A stretch of 64,000 bases of DNA from Candidatus Marinacidobacterales bacterium (lineage in GTDB: Bacteria > Acidobacteriota > Vicinamibacteria > Marinacidobacterales > DATDRI01). The notes below the pieces were generated by a model. The model was not told the origin of the DNA. It did no database searches and saw only the letters and a program-made list of their open reading frames with translations. The position numbers and the translations under genes were made by a program. Of the stretch, positions 20,397 to 30,424 are shown piece after piece; the first letter of the stretch is position 1, and the number at the start of each line of letters is the position of its first letter. The DNA lies in assembly GCA_965226495.1 (NCBI GenBank), contig OZ245365.1, positions 2,240,001 through 2,304,000 of the forward strand. Reading direction: 5' to 3'.

Positions 20397-21299
20397 ATGA
20401 TATATAAGCGGCCTGTGACAGTCGACGCACGTCATTCCTCGCCTGCCAACAAGCTTCGAGCTCTTTTGCAGCGCCCCGGGATTTTGCCTTTTCCGTGCTG
20501 CTATGACGCGCTCTCGGCGCGACTGATCGAAGCGGCGGGCTTTCCTCTATCATTCATGAGTGGCTTCGCAGTGGCAGCGGCTCGGTTTGGACTTCCCGAC
20601 ACCGGGCTCGTCTCCTACGGCGAGATGCTCGAGCAGGGGCGGAACATTTGCTCGGCCGTTTCCATCCCGATCATTGGCGATGGCGACACCGGCTACGGCA
20701 ACGCGGTCAACGTGAAACGCACGGTGCGCGGCTACGCCGATGCCGGATTCGCGGGTGTGATGATCGAAGACCAAGTCTGGCCGAAGCGATGCGGTCATAC
20801 GAAAGGGAAGGCCGTTGTTTCGCGAGGAGAGGCCGTCGCCCGAATCCATGCGGCGGTGGATGCTCGCGATGAGGGTGCCGACATTCTCGTCATGGCGCGG
20901 ACCGATGCGCTCGGCACCGACGGGCTAGACGAGGCACTTGCAAGGGCGAAGGCGTTTTCCGATGTGGGTGCGGACATGCTCTTTGTGGAAGCCCCAACGT
21001 CCGAAACCGAGATCCAAGAAATTTGTCGCCAAGTCCCCGGTCACCACATGGCCAACATGCTCGAAGACGGAGCAACACCCATTTTGTCGGATGAGCGACT
21101 GCAAGAGATTGGGTTCAAGCTGGTCGCCCATCCCTTCACCGTCTTTGGCGCGAGTATCTCCGCGATGAAGGAGGCTCTCGGCGCCCTTCGAGAAGGCCAC
21201 CCCAAGGCGCACATCTCGTTCAAAGAGCTTCGAGAGATTGCCGGCTTCGAAGACTACTACCGTGAGGAAGACCGGTACCGAAGTGATTCGGACTCCTAG
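20397..21299 (+). CDS. Isocitrate lyase/PEP mutase family enzyme (methylisocitrate lyase/carboxyPEP mutase-like)
   Basis: YDALSARL, GDGDTGYG, IEDQVWPKRCGH, ARTDA; GGAGG RBS before 20397. Confidence 0.92.
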   Translation: MIYKRPVTVDARHSSPANKLRALLQRPGILPFPCCYDALSARLIEAAGFPLSFMSGFAVAAARFGLPDTGLVSYGEMLEQGRNICSAVSIPIIGDGDTGYGNAVNVKRTVRGYADAGFAGVMIEDQVWPKRCGHTKGKAVVSRGEAVARIHAAVDARDEGADILVMARTDALGTDGLDEALARAKAFSDVGADMLFVEAPTSETEIQEICRQVPGHHMANMLEDGATPILSDERLQEIGFKLVAHPFTVFGASISAMKEALGALREGHPKAHISFKELREIAGFEDYYREEDRYRSDSDS

Positions 21300-21324
21300 G
21301 AAGGCTTCGCCACGGTCTCTGTCT

Positions 21325-22653
21325 TTAACTAAAGACGAGTGCCACGGTGTCTTTGAAACTGAACCATAAGATGACGCTAATAAAGGGTGGGATCACATAG
21401 CGCAGCAGGAACATCGCCACCGGAATCAGTCGACGGAAGAGTGGAGACGTTCCTTCCATGAGCTCCGAGTCGGGATGCTTCATGGCCCAGCCTACGAAGA
21501 GCGCCACCCCTAAAACGCCTCCCACCACCAGCAGTTCGCCGACTACCTTGTCCAAAACTCCCAGCGTGTTCTGAGACATGGCTGGGAAAAGACCGGCCAC
21601 CGCGGCGCCGCCGCCGGCGATTACCGCTGCCGTCTTCCGCGAAAGCTTGAACTCATCCATGAACGAAGCGGTGCCCACCTCGAGGAGCGAGAACGAAGAA
21701 GTGAGTCCTGCCACCACCAAGGCGACGAAGAAGATAAAGCCCACCACCCGGCCCATCGCCCCCATTTCCAAGAAAGCCCCGGGGAGCGAAATGAAGAGCG
21801 CACCAATCGTACTCTCGCTGACCTGATCGTTCAGCCCGAGAGCAAAGATGACGGGAAACACAATGAGGCCAGCGACGAACGCGACGGAGAAGTCAGAGAG
21901 AGAGACCAGGGCCGCTTCTTGATTGAGATTCGCTCGGGGCTGAAGGTACGAGCCATACGTGATCATGATTCCCATGCCGACGCTCAGCGAAAGAAAGGCT
22001 TGGCTTGCGGCTTGCTGGAACACCCTGGGGTTCAGGAGCGCATCGAAAGAAGGCATTAGGTAGAACGAGTAACCCTCAGCCGAGCCCGAGAGGGTCGCCG
22101 CCCACACCATTAGACCAATGAGAATGACAAAGAGGGTGGGCATCAATATGAGTCCCGCTCGTTCGATGCCCTTCCGCACGCCCGCCATGACGACCAAAAT
22201 GGTCGCCGCCATCAAAACGAGATGAAACTCGATCGCGGGGAGCCCGGTCGATACCTCGGCATACCGGTCGGCGGGCGAAGCGGCGAACCCTGAGAGCGCG
22301 TCGATGGCGTACCGAAGCGACCAGCCGCTGATGACGGAAAAGTAGGCAAGGATGACGAGCGGTGTGAAGATGAGGAGCCAACCGAGCGGAACCCAACGAG
22401 GGCCGCCGAGCTCTCGTAGGGCACCGACGGGGGAAAGACGGCTCCGGCGTCCGATGGCAAACTCCGCCGCCATGATCGGCACGCCGATAAGAAAGGTCAT
22501 GAGAAGGTACAAGAAAACGAAGGCGGCCCCACCTCCTTCGGCGGTTTGGTAGGGGAATCGCCACATGTTCCCGAGGCCCACTGCGCTCCCCGCCGCCGCG
22601 AGCACGAACCCGAGCCTCGTTTCAAAGACCTCTCGATTCTTCTCCACGTTCAC
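21325..22653 (-). CDS. Sodium-dependent transporter, NSS/SNF family
   Basis: GSAVGLGNMWRFPY, GGGAAF, QAFLSLSVGMG; multi-TM; GTG start with GGAGAG. Confidence 0.95.
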   Translation of the reverse strand: MNVEKNREVFETRLGFVLAAAGSAVGLGNMWRFPYQTAEGGGAAFVFLYLLMTFLIGVPIMAAEFAIGRRSRLSPVGALRELGGPRWVPLGWLLIFTPLVILAYFSVISGWSLRYAIDALSGFAASPADRYAEVSTGLPAIEFHLVLMAATILVVMAGVRKGIERAGLILMPTLFVILIGLMVWAATLSGSAEGYSFYLMPSFDALLNPRVFQQAASQAFLSLSVGMGIMITYGSYLQPRANLNQEAALVSLSDFSVAFVAGLIVFPVIFALGLNDQVSESTIGALFISLPGAFLEMGAMGRVVGFIFFVALVVAGLTSSFSLLEVGTASFMDEFKLSRKTAAVIAGGGAAVAGLFPAMSQNTLGVLDKVVGELLVVGGVLGVALFVGWAMKHPDSELMEGTSPLFRRLIPVAMFLLRYVIPPFISVILWFSFKDTVALVFS

Positions 22654-22727
22654 TCTCTCCTGGGCACACCGGCAGCCGTCGCGAAAAAATCCGGGGTCAA
22701 CAAATGATGGACTCCCGCTGCTCGAGC

Positions 22728-23504
22728 TCAGCGAGCGGCAAAGGCGCCGTTCCTCACGTCTTCCGCGTATTGCCCGATCGCTTTGCGGAGCTGCTGGCCC
22801 GCGTCGACGTAACGTCGCGCCCAATCTCCGGTGGGAGCCGGGTGTAAGGCAAAAAGGTCGTGGAACACCTGGACCTGTCCGTCACAATGAGGCCCGGCTC
22901 CGATTCCAATAGTCGGGACGGACACCTCCTTGGTCACTCGTTGCGCGACGTCATCCGGTACCGCCTCCAGGACGAGCATGAAAATTCCGGCGTCGGCCAG
23001 GGCTCGCGCGCTATCGACGATCTCGTTCGCCGCGTCCTCGGTACCGCCGTGGGGAGCAAAGCCACCAAGAACGTGGACCGACTGCGGAGTCAGTCCGAGG
23101 TGCCCGACGACCGGGATGCCGTGTCCGACCATCGCCCGCACTTGCGCGACGATCGTCCGTCCGCCTTCCACTTTGACGGCTTGGGCCCCAGCTTCTTTCA
23201 GGCAGCGCCCACCGGAACGGACAGCGTCTTCGGTGGTTGTTTGGTAGGTCATGAATGGAAGGTCTGCAATCACCATCGCCTTCTGAGAGCCGCGGACAAC
23301 CATCCTCGTGTGATAGATCGTCTCGTCGAGCGTGACCGGTAACGTATTGCTGTAACCTTGCCCAACGATGCCAAGGGAATCCCCGACGAGAATCGTGTCC
23401 ACGGCATCGTCGACAACGCCTGCCATCCAAGCATCGTAAGCGGTCACCATGACGATCGGCTTGGTGCCCTTTCTTTCACGAATTTGCGACGTGGTGAGTC
23501 TCAT
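22728..23504 (-). CDS. panB: 3-methyl-2-oxobutanoate hydroxymethyltransferase
   Basis: VTAYD, LVGDSLG, ADLPF, VKVEGG, GHLGLTPQS, TIGIGAG. Confidence 0.95.
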   Translation of the reverse strand: MRLTTSQIRERKGTKPIVMVTAYDAWMAGVVDDAVDTILVGDSLGIVGQGYSNTLPVTLDETIYHTRMVVRGSQKAMVIADLPFMTYQTTTEDAVRSGGRCLKEAGAQAVKVEGGRTIVAQVRAMVGHGIPVVGHLGLTPQSVHVLGGFAPHGGTEDAANEIVDSARALADAGIFMLVLEAVPDDVAQRVTKEVSVPTIGIGAGPHCDGQVQVFHDLFALHPAPTGDWARRYVDAGQQLRKAIGQYAEDVRNGAFAAR

Positions 23505-23656
23505 CGATGACACCCTTTCGTTAGCAGCCGAGGCTGGACAGCGCGCCGACGCTAGCCTGGGCATCCTTGACATTCATAGTAGCGGAGACTAGTAATATTA
23601 GCGTCGCTTCGTCAAGTTCGGAGGAGGGCCAGTCCTTCTAAGCAAGGAGCGTTACG

Positions 23657-24538
23657 GTGGATGTAAAGCCTTTACCCGGTCCCTTCGGCGCCGAGATCTC
23701 AGGCGTGGACCTCTCCCAGCCCATGGATGACACCGCCCAACGGGAGCTCCTCGATGTCTTCCACAAACACCAGGTGATCGTCGTCCGGAACCAAAAGCTC
23801 GAGTTCGACCGGTTCGACCGGCTCACCAAGTGCTTTGGTCGACAAGACGCTCACTTCTTGGATCACCTGCGTCTCAGAGGGCACCCGGCCATCCTGATGT
23901 TGTCGAACCTCTTCGAAAACGGGAAACCCCTTGGTGTTTTCGAGGGTGCTGCCTTCTGGCATACCGATGTCGCCTATCGCGATCCGCCGAACAGCTCCAC
24001 CATCGTCTACGCGCTCGAATGCCCAAAGGGCGGATGTCCCACGCATTTCGCCGACACATTCGGGGCCTACGACGCCTTATCGGACTCCATGAAAAAGCGC
24101 ATCGACAAAATGTCGGTCCTTCACCATTACGGTAACCGTGCCGACATGGATGAGGAGTCTCAGACCTCGGCGGAGAGGCTGACTCCGGAACAAAAGAAAA
24201 ACGTGACCAACGTGTTCCACCCCTTGGTTCAGCGGCACCATGTCACGGGACGCAAGTCACTGCACGGAGTCGCGGGCAGCTCGTTCGGGATCGTGGGGAT
24301 GCCTGACGATGAAGCCTTGGACTTGCTCGACGAGCTCAAGGACCACGTCCTCCAGCCTCAGTTCATGACCAGTCATGACTACTCCGTGGGCGATGTCGCC
24401 GCGTGGGATACGTTTTCCACACTCCACAAAGCGACGCTTCAAGACCCCGCAACGACGCCGGAAACGCGACGGCTACTTTGGCGGGTGAGTGTCACCGGGA
24501 AGCCTCCGGTTTATCAGGGACACACCGCCACCGGGTGA
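23657..24538 (+). CDS. TauD/TfdA family Fe(II)/2-oxoglutarate dioxygenase
   Basis: GAEISGVDL, WHTDVAY (HxD), HPLVQRHHVTGRKSL, WDTFSTLH, RRLLWR. Confidence 0.94.
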   Translation: MDVKPLPGPFGAEISGVDLSQPMDDTAQRELLDVFHKHQVIVVRNQKLEFDRFDRLTKCFGRQDAHFLDHLRLRGHPAILMLSNLFENGKPLGVFEGAAFWHTDVAYRDPPNSSTIVYALECPKGGCPTHFADTFGAYDALSDSMKKRIDKMSVLHHYGNRADMDEESQTSAERLTPEQKKNVTNVFHPLVQRHHVTGRKSLHGVAGSSFGIVGMPDDEALDLLDELKDHVLQPQFMTSHDYSVGDVAAWDTFSTLHKATLQDPATTPETRRLLWRVSVTGKPPVYQGHTATG

Positions 24539-24658
24539 GGAGAGCTTGGTAGCGACGAGTTGAATCGGTAGCTCCAGTACCGTTCGTCAAAGGCCAAGAC
24601 CCTATGAGTCATCTCAAACACCGGCGTTAAGAATGAAGGGTTTACGGGCGTCTTCGGC

Positions 24659-24687
24659 TTGCCAGCAAACCAGTTTCCTGGTATTAT
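24659..24687 (+). promoter_or_regulatory. Sigma70-like promoter of the TA operon with an operator palindrome; probably leaderless
   Basis: TTGCCA-17 nt-TATTAT ends 6 nt before the ATG; ACCAG-tttc-CTGGT inverted repeat in the spacer. Confidence 0.6.
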
Positions 24688-24693
24688 GGCGAC

Positions 24694-24945
24694 ATGAAGA
24701 CCACGCTAGACCTACCGGACGAATTGATGCGGGACATTAAGATTCGGGCCATCAAGGAGAATCGCAAGCTCAAGGACGCCGTCGCCGACCTGCTGAGGCT
24801 CGGGCTTTCGCAGAGAGGCGCCGGGCCGGCAACCGTTCGTAATCGGGTCATGCTGCCGCTCGTCCAGTGCGCTCACGAAGCCCCACGTGGTGAGGAGATT
24901 ACGCCGGAGCGTGTGGCGAGCCTCCTACTCGCGGAGGACGCCTAG
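24694..24945 (+). CDS. vapB: VapB-type antitoxin (ribbon-helix-helix-like)
   Basis: MKTTLDLPDELMRDIK N-terminus; 83 aa; directly upstream of a PIN gene. Confidence 0.88.
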   Translation: MKTTLDLPDELMRDIKIRAIKENRKLKDAVADLLRLGLSQRGAGPATVRNRVMLPLVQCAHEAPRGEEITPERVASLLLAEDA

Positions 24946-24952
24946 GCCCGAC

Positions 24953-25420
24953 GTGGTACTTTGCGATAGTAATGTTTGGCTGGCGCTAGCTCTTTCCAAA
25001 CACGTCCACCATACTGCGGCCCGCGAGTGGTTCGAGGCTGTCGACGAACTCGCGTCTGTGTGTTTCTGTCGGGCTACCCAGCAAACCTTTCTTAGATTGC
25101 TCACCAACGTCTCCGTCCTTGCCCCGTACGGAAATCCGCCCTTGACGAATGGGGAGGCTTGGGAGACCTACGAGGCGTTTCTCGCCGACGACCGCATCGT
25201 GCTGCGTGCGGAAGAACCGGCTGGGCTCGAGAGTCGCTGGAAGCGTTTCGCGGTGCGCCATACTGCTTCACCCAAAATTTGGATGGATGCCTATCTCGCC
25301 GCCTTCGCGCTCGCCGGAGGATACCAAATGGTGACGACGGACGCTGCGTTCAAGCAGTTCCGGGGGGTGGAGTTCCGGGGGGTGGAACTCGAGCTGCTTG
25401 GGAATCAAGGACTCCGCTAG
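24953..25420 (+). CDS. vapC: VapC PIN-domain ribonuclease toxin
   Basis: LCDSNVWLAL, HVHH, FLRLLT, WMDAYLAAFA, VTTDAAF. Confidence 0.92.
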   Translation: MVLCDSNVWLALALSKHVHHTAAREWFEAVDELASVCFCRATQQTFLRLLTNVSVLAPYGNPPLTNGEAWETYEAFLADDRIVLRAEEPAGLESRWKRFAVRHTASPKIWMDAYLAAFALAGGYQMVTTDAAFKQFRGVEFRGVELELLGNQGLR

Positions 25421-25425
25421 TTTCC

Positions 25426-26679
25426 CTATTCCACGGTTACCGTGATGGCCTTGTCTCGGATCGACCAGCCTCGGGCCCGGAGCTCCTTCTTGACGAGAGG
25501 GGAGCTCTCACCTGTAAGCCAGACCTGGACACTTTCGTCGGCGTAGTGCCCGCTCAGCCATTCGATCTCGCCGTCAACGTATTTCTGCAGCTCTTCGGTC
25601 CACACCATGTAGTCGATGGGAACGAGGTACGCGATGCGGTTCGCACCCAGCTTTGCAATCGCGTTCATGCCGGGGATGACTTCGTACACGGTGCCCTTCT
25701 CCTGGTGAAAGGTGTCGAGTAGGGCGGCGCTCTCGGTGTAGAAGAGCGCTTCGTCCTCGGTCTGTGCCTCGGCGGCGTGCGCCACGAAGTCGCCGATGCC
25801 GGGAGCGTTGCCCAGCGCGTAGAGGGAAGCGACGAGCACCGTCTTCCAGGTCAGCGTGTAGTGCTGGTTCAAACGGAAGTCCCGGCTGAACTCGCTGGGA
25901 ACCTTCATTTCGTTCAACCGTTCTTCGTTGAGTTTTTCGATCTCGTCGGGGTCCTTCTTCCAAACGAGATCGGAAACGCCGGTCGAAAGCGTGACCACCA
26001 TTGGAATGGGAACGACGACGCTCGTTGTGATGCGACCGGCGGCCTCGAAGCTCGCGACTCGGTTGAGCTCCTTTCTCAGTATCTTGTTCCGGGAGTAGGG
26101 ATCGACACCTACCTGCTGCGCCCAGCGGCGCTCTGCCTTCGAGATCCCGAGAAGCGACTTGCCGACCGCTCCCGCGGCCTTCCCGGTCTTCTTGGCGGTC
26201 GAGCTAGTAGTTCCCTCGCCCGCAGCCTTGTCTTCGTCGCTCGATGCTTGGACGCGTTCGCCGACCCGCCTTCCGGTTCGTCCCACGCGGCCGAAGAGCC
26301 GCTTCACGCCGTTGCCGATTCCCTGGGCGGTCTCTTTTGGTTGGGTCGCCGCGGTGACGACGCTAGTTCCGACGTCCTCCAGCGACTGGACCGCTGCCTC
26401 CCCCAGCAACTGGGCCTCGTTCACCTCTTTGAGCTTCGCGATGGCTTCGATCTCGCGGACGCGGATGCGAAGGAGCGTATTCCCTGGGGCGGTGAAGGTC
26501 CCGTAGTCGGTTTCGATACTGTAGATGTTCCAATAACCATCGCTCTCTACGTTCTCCGCGACTCGATAATGATCGCCTTGGCGAATCTCAGCAGGAACGA
26601 TCTCCGAAGCGCGGAAGACGGGGAGTGTGTCGAATTGAGGCTGGAACCCGAGGGCCGTCAGTATAAGGAAGCTCACCAT
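25426..26679 (-). CDS. Hypothetical exported protein
   Basis: 417-aa ORF, GGAGG RBS, short hydrophobic N-terminus; no family recognised. Confidence 0.8.
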   Translation of the reverse strand: MVSFLILTALGFQPQFDTLPVFRASEIVPAEIRQGDHYRVAENVESDGYWNIYSIETDYGTFTAPGNTLLRIRVREIEAIAKLKEVNEAQLLGEAAVQSLEDVGTSVVTAATQPKETAQGIGNGVKRLFGRVGRTGRRVGERVQASSDEDKAAGEGTTSSTAKKTGKAAGAVGKSLLGISKAERRWAQQVGVDPYSRNKILRKELNRVASFEAAGRITTSVVVPIPMVVTLSTGVSDLVWKKDPDEIEKLNEERLNEMKVPSEFSRDFRLNQHYTLTWKTVLVASLYALGNAPGIGDFVAHAAEAQTEDEALFYTESAALLDTFHQEKGTVYEVIPGMNAIAKLGANRIAYLVPIDYMVWTEELQKYVDGEIEWLSGHYADESVQVWLTGESSPLVKKELRARGWSIRDKAITVTVE

Positions 26680-26691
26680 CTCGACCTCCTA

Positions 26692-26964
26692 TCACGCGAC
26701 ATCGTCACAAGAAGTAAGACCAGCTATCCGGATCATATGTTGCAAGGAACGCTGGTCCTTGAACTCACGCTGATACTCGAACTGGAGGGCATTTTTTGCG
26801 TTCAACATCTTTCCGAACATGATCCGAACGTTGAACGCATCGTCGCCGTTGGCCAGATTGCGAGAATAGAGCGGTATTACCTGAATCCAGGCCTCCCACG
26901 GCAGGGGAGTGTACGGGAGCAGTTCCACCAGCTCGAAGCCGACGACGTTGCTCTCGGCGGATAG
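26692..26964 (-). pseudogene. Composite gene scar: arginase/agmatinase-like fragment joined to an unrelated fragment
   Basis: LSAESNVVGFELVELLPY (26911-26964) resembles the ureohydrolase C-terminal V-G-x-[DE]-x-V-E-x-x-P motif; no start or RBS. Confidence 0.5.
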
Positions 26965-26966
26965 CC

Positions 26967-28658
26967 CTAGTTTTCATAAACGACTTCTCCCTTGAAGATC
27001 GTCTTCTGAATCTCAGTCTTGTGGATCTCGGTCTCCGGAATTTCGAAAAGGTTGTGGTTGAGAACGATCATGTCGGCCCACTTGCCCGTTTCAATCGATC
27101 CAGTTTCTTCGTCGACCATCAGAGACCAGGCAGTATTAATCGTATAAGCCTCGATCGCTTCGGCCACGGTCAATCCTTGCTCCGGACTCATCTTCGGTAC
27201 ATCTGGTTTGCCCGGGGTGCCGCGCGTCACAGTGGCTTCCATGCCCCACCATGGCCAGAGCGTCGCTGCCGGCGCGTCGGTATGATTGACCAGTCGCATA
27301 CCTGCGTCCCACCTGTCGCGGTTCGCATACATTCGCGCCCAGGTTTCCGGTTTCAACACCGGCTTGATGTTACCGACGTTGTAATTGACGGGCGCGTTCA
27401 ACGGCGGCCAGATCGTGCAGCTGACATCGAGATCCACAAATCGCTGAAAGTCGTCAGGATGTATCAGGCTGCAATGATCCATATGGTGACGAAGACGGTT
27501 GTTGCCATTGGCCTTAATGACCGTTTCGTAACCATCTAGGGTTGCGCGCACTGTTCCATCGCCGATCGCATGGACTTTCACCTGGAAGCCTGCCGCGTCG
27601 AGTTGGGCGATGTAGTCCGCAAACTCATCGGCAGCCACAACCGGCCGAGCCGATTTTTCGGGATCAGCAAAACCATCAACTAGCGGCGCGGAAATCGACT
27701 CAATTGACCCGTCCATACCTATTTTGACGGCTTTGTGGCCTGGCAGGTCATGGCCGTTCCACCACTCGAGCAATTCCTCTACAGGCGTAAGCTCGGGCGT
27801 TCCCAGATTGCCTTTGAGATACAGAACCATGTGTTGGTTTAGCTTTCCTTCCTGCTTCAACTCCTGATAGGGCTGAAGATCGTGTTCGAAAACGTAGGCA
27901 TCGCCAACGGCTGTGATGCCTTTCGACGTTGCTTCGTCGAGTAATTTCATGAACGCAATCTTGCGCAACTCGGTGTCGAATGGCGGCATGGCTTCCAAAA
28001 ACGGATTCAATCCCCCCTCGAAGGCCAGGCCCGATATATCGCCATCTTCTGTTCGGCTGAAAAAACTCTCCGGCGTGTCTTCAGTGTCTCTCGATACTCC
28101 GGCCGCCTCCATCGCAAGCGTATTGAACCAGGCCGTGTGACCGCCCGTCTCGTCCTCGATAAAGGCTGGGCGGTCAGGAATAAGTTCGTCGAGAAATTCG
28201 CGTGTCAACGTCTCCTTAGACATCGCTGGCATTGTCCACCCTGTTGCAACGAACCATTCGCGATCGTCGGGATAGTTGGCTATGCACTCCTTCAGTGCGT
28301 CGATAGTCTGCTCTTCGGTGGGTTCATAGAAGGTTCCCGGCAGCCCACAAAACGCGCGTTTTGGCATAACCAACGCAGGGTGAATATGACTGTCGCCGAT
28401 TCCTGGCATTGCAAACGCACTAGCGAGATCGATGACGTCCGTTCCGTCGTCGGTCACGGCTTCTACGTCGGCCTTCGAGCCGACGACCAGGAACTTGCCG
28501 TCTTTGATCGCCACCGCCTCGACCCAGGGCTGGGCCTCGTTAACGGTGTAGATTCTGCCGTTCGTGTAGACGGTGTCGGCGACGTCGCCAGACGGCTGCT
28601 GGGTACAGCTAATCGGTAGAAGTGCAATCAGCGCAGTAGTGATTATCGCAACTTTCAT
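26967..28658 (-). CDS. Amidohydrolase-3 (YtcJ/NfdA-like) lipoprotein, copy 1
   Basis: LPISC lipobox, PGIGDSHIH, HAIGD, RHHMDH, YTINTA, GSIETGKWAD. Confidence 0.92.
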   Translation of the reverse strand: MKVAIITTALIALLPISCTQQPSGDVADTVYTNGRIYTVNEAQPWVEAVAIKDGKFLVVGSKADVEAVTDDGTDVIDLASAFAMPGIGDSHIHPALVMPKRAFCGLPGTFYEPTEEQTIDALKECIANYPDDREWFVATGWTMPAMSKETLTREFLDELIPDRPAFIEDETGGHTAWFNTLAMEAAGVSRDTEDTPESFFSRTEDGDISGLAFEGGLNPFLEAMPPFDTELRKIAFMKLLDEATSKGITAVGDAYVFEHDLQPYQELKQEGKLNQHMVLYLKGNLGTPELTPVEELLEWWNGHDLPGHKAVKIGMDGSIESISAPLVDGFADPEKSARPVVAADEFADYIAQLDAAGFQVKVHAIGDGTVRATLDGYETVIKANGNNRLRHHMDHCSLIHPDDFQRFVDLDVSCTIWPPLNAPVNYNVGNIKPVLKPETWARMYANRDRWDAGMRLVNHTDAPAATLWPWWGMEATVTRGTPGKPDVPKMSPEQGLTVAEAIEAYTINTAWSLMVDEETGSIETGKWADMIVLNHNLFEIPETEIHKTEIQKTIFKGEVVYEN

Positions 28659-28708
28659 TGTCCATCTTCCTTCGGAATTAGGTCCTTTTGGATTTCGGAC
28701 GGTCTTTG

Positions 28709-30424
28709 TCATTCGGCCTTTTCATAGACGACGCGGCCGTTGAATATCGTAGTTAGCACCTGGGTCTCGCTGATATTGTCGACGTCGATCTCGAGCAGGT
28801 TCCGGTCGAGCACGATGAAGTCGGCGTATTTTCCCTTCTCGAGAGAGCCGATGCGGTCCTCCCGGAGGATGGCGTAGGCACCGCCGAGAGTGTAAGCGCG
28901 GATGGACTCCTCAACAGTGATGCCCTGCGCGGCGTTGTTGGGCTCGGACTCAGTCCTGCCGACATACGGGTCGCGACGGTGTACGACGCCTTCGAGCAGA
29001 GGAAACGGCTCCTGCGGGAGGGCGGAGTAGTCCGTGCCCACGGCGATGATCGCGCCGCTGTCGATGGCGGAGCGTAGCGGCTGGAGCCGACTCAAGCGCT
29101 CCGGGCCGAGGAACTGCAGGTACGAGTCATGGACGCCCGGCGTGGTGAAGCCGAAGGACGGCGCGAAGCCGATTACGCCGTTGACGCGTGTCAGTCGCTC
29201 CAGTTGCTCCTCGCTTGGCAGGCCCATGTGGTCCGGATAGTGGCGGGCATTGAGCTTTCCGCCGTTGGCCTTGGCGGCGGCCTCGAGCGCGTTGGTCACC
29301 GCCTCTATCGTCGCGTCGCCGATGACGTGCATGTGGACGCTGACGCCCTTGCTGTCAAAAAGGGCAACCAGGCGGTTGAGCTCTTCGACTTCGATGGACA
29401 TCCTGCCGTATTCGTCCTCCGTCCCCTCGAACGGCTCGAGCACCTTGATGCCGTAGCCATTCAGGTCACCGTCGCAGAAGATCTTCACGAAGTTCGGATC
29501 GACCCACTCGGACTCGTACTGCTGTCGGCGGTCGATCTGCTCCATGCGCTCGTCAAAGGTGTACCGCGACTGCATGAAGTTGACATCCAAGCTGACCGCC
29601 CAGTGGAGCGTGACCTCGCCTCGTTCCGCCAGGGTTCGGAGGGCGCGCAACCCGTCCTCAGTACCGCTGGCCGTGTAATGCGCCGTGACGCCCTTGCGGT
29701 TGAACTCATCCTGGATCCAGAGCGCAGCCTCTACGTCCTCCTCGGGGGAGGGCTTGGGTGCGAACTTCTTGAGCACGCCGAGCGCCGTCTCGCGGACGGT
29801 GCCCGTGGGAACACCGCTGTCGTCGCGCTCAATGATCGCGTACTTGGGTGGTTGGTAGTCCTCGGCCATCATGCCTGCGGTTTCCAGCGCAACCGTGTTG
29901 CACCAAACAGAGTGGCCGCCCTGATCCAACAGGCAGACGGGGACGTCGGGGACCGCCGCGTCAAGGTCCTTGCGGTGCGGGTTCTCAAAGGGAAAGAGGC
30001 CCTTGGGCCAGACGCCCCCCTCGATCCAAGTCTTCTCTGGATGCGCCGCGACATAGGCCGTGAGTTGCTGCTGGATCTCCTCGAGGCTGCCGATCTCCTC
30101 ATCGAGCAGTAGCTGACTGTTTTTCTCGTGGGCGGTGATGAACGGATGGGTGTGGGTGTCTACCAGCCCCGGCATGGCGAAGGCGCCGTCCAGGTCGACC
30201 ACTTCTGTGCCGTCAGTGGTCACCGCCTCGACGTCGGCGTTCGAGCCGACGACCAGGAACTTGCCGTCTTTGATCGCCACCGCCTCGACCCAGGGCTGGG
30301 CCTCGTTAACGGTGTAGATTTTGCCGTTGGTGTAGACGGTATCGGCGACCTCTCCAGTCGGCTGTTGAGCGCAGCCAACCGCTAAAAGTGCGAATAGAGC
30401 AATCGCATTTGTCGAATATTTCAT
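28709..30424 (-). CDS. Amidohydrolase-3 (YtcJ/NfdA-like) lipoprotein, copy 2
   Basis: LAVGC lipobox, PGLVDTHTH, HVIGD, RHYPDH, GTD, GSLEKGKYAD. Confidence 0.92.
   Translation of the reverse strand: MKYSTNAIALFALLAVGCAQQPTGEVADTVYTNGKIYTVNEAQPWVEAVAIKDGKFLVVGSNADVEAVTTDGTEVVDLDGAFAMPGLVDTHTHPFITAHEKNSQLLLDEEIGSLEEIQQQLTAYVAAHPEKTWIEGGVWPKGLFPFENPHRKDLDAAVPDVPVCLLDQGGHSVWCNTVALETAGMMAEDYQPPKYAIIERDDSGVPTGTVRETALGVLKKFAPKPSPEEDVEAALWIQDEFNRKGVTAHYTASGTEDGLRALRTLAERGEVTLHWAVSLDVNFMQSRYTFDERMEQIDRRQQYESEWVDPNFVKIFCDGDLNGYGIKVLEPFEGTEDEYGRMSIEVEELNRLVALFDSKGVSVHMHVIGDATIEAVTNALEAAAKANGGKLNARHYPDHMGLPSEEQLERLTRVNGVIGFAPSFGFTTPGVHDSYLQFLGPERLSRLQPLRSAIDSGAIIAVGTDYSALPQEPFPLLEGVVHRRDPYVGRTESEPNNAAQGITVEESIRAYTLGGAYAILREDRIGSLEKGKYADFIVLDRNLLEIDVDNISETQVLTTIFNGRVVYEKAE

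Noticed and set aside
25777-26964. 395-aa plus-strand ORF
   Set aside because: Antisense to the 417-aa gene that has an RBS; no recognisable features
29129-30112. 327-aa plus-strand ORF
   Set aside because: Antisense shadow of amidohydrolase copy 2
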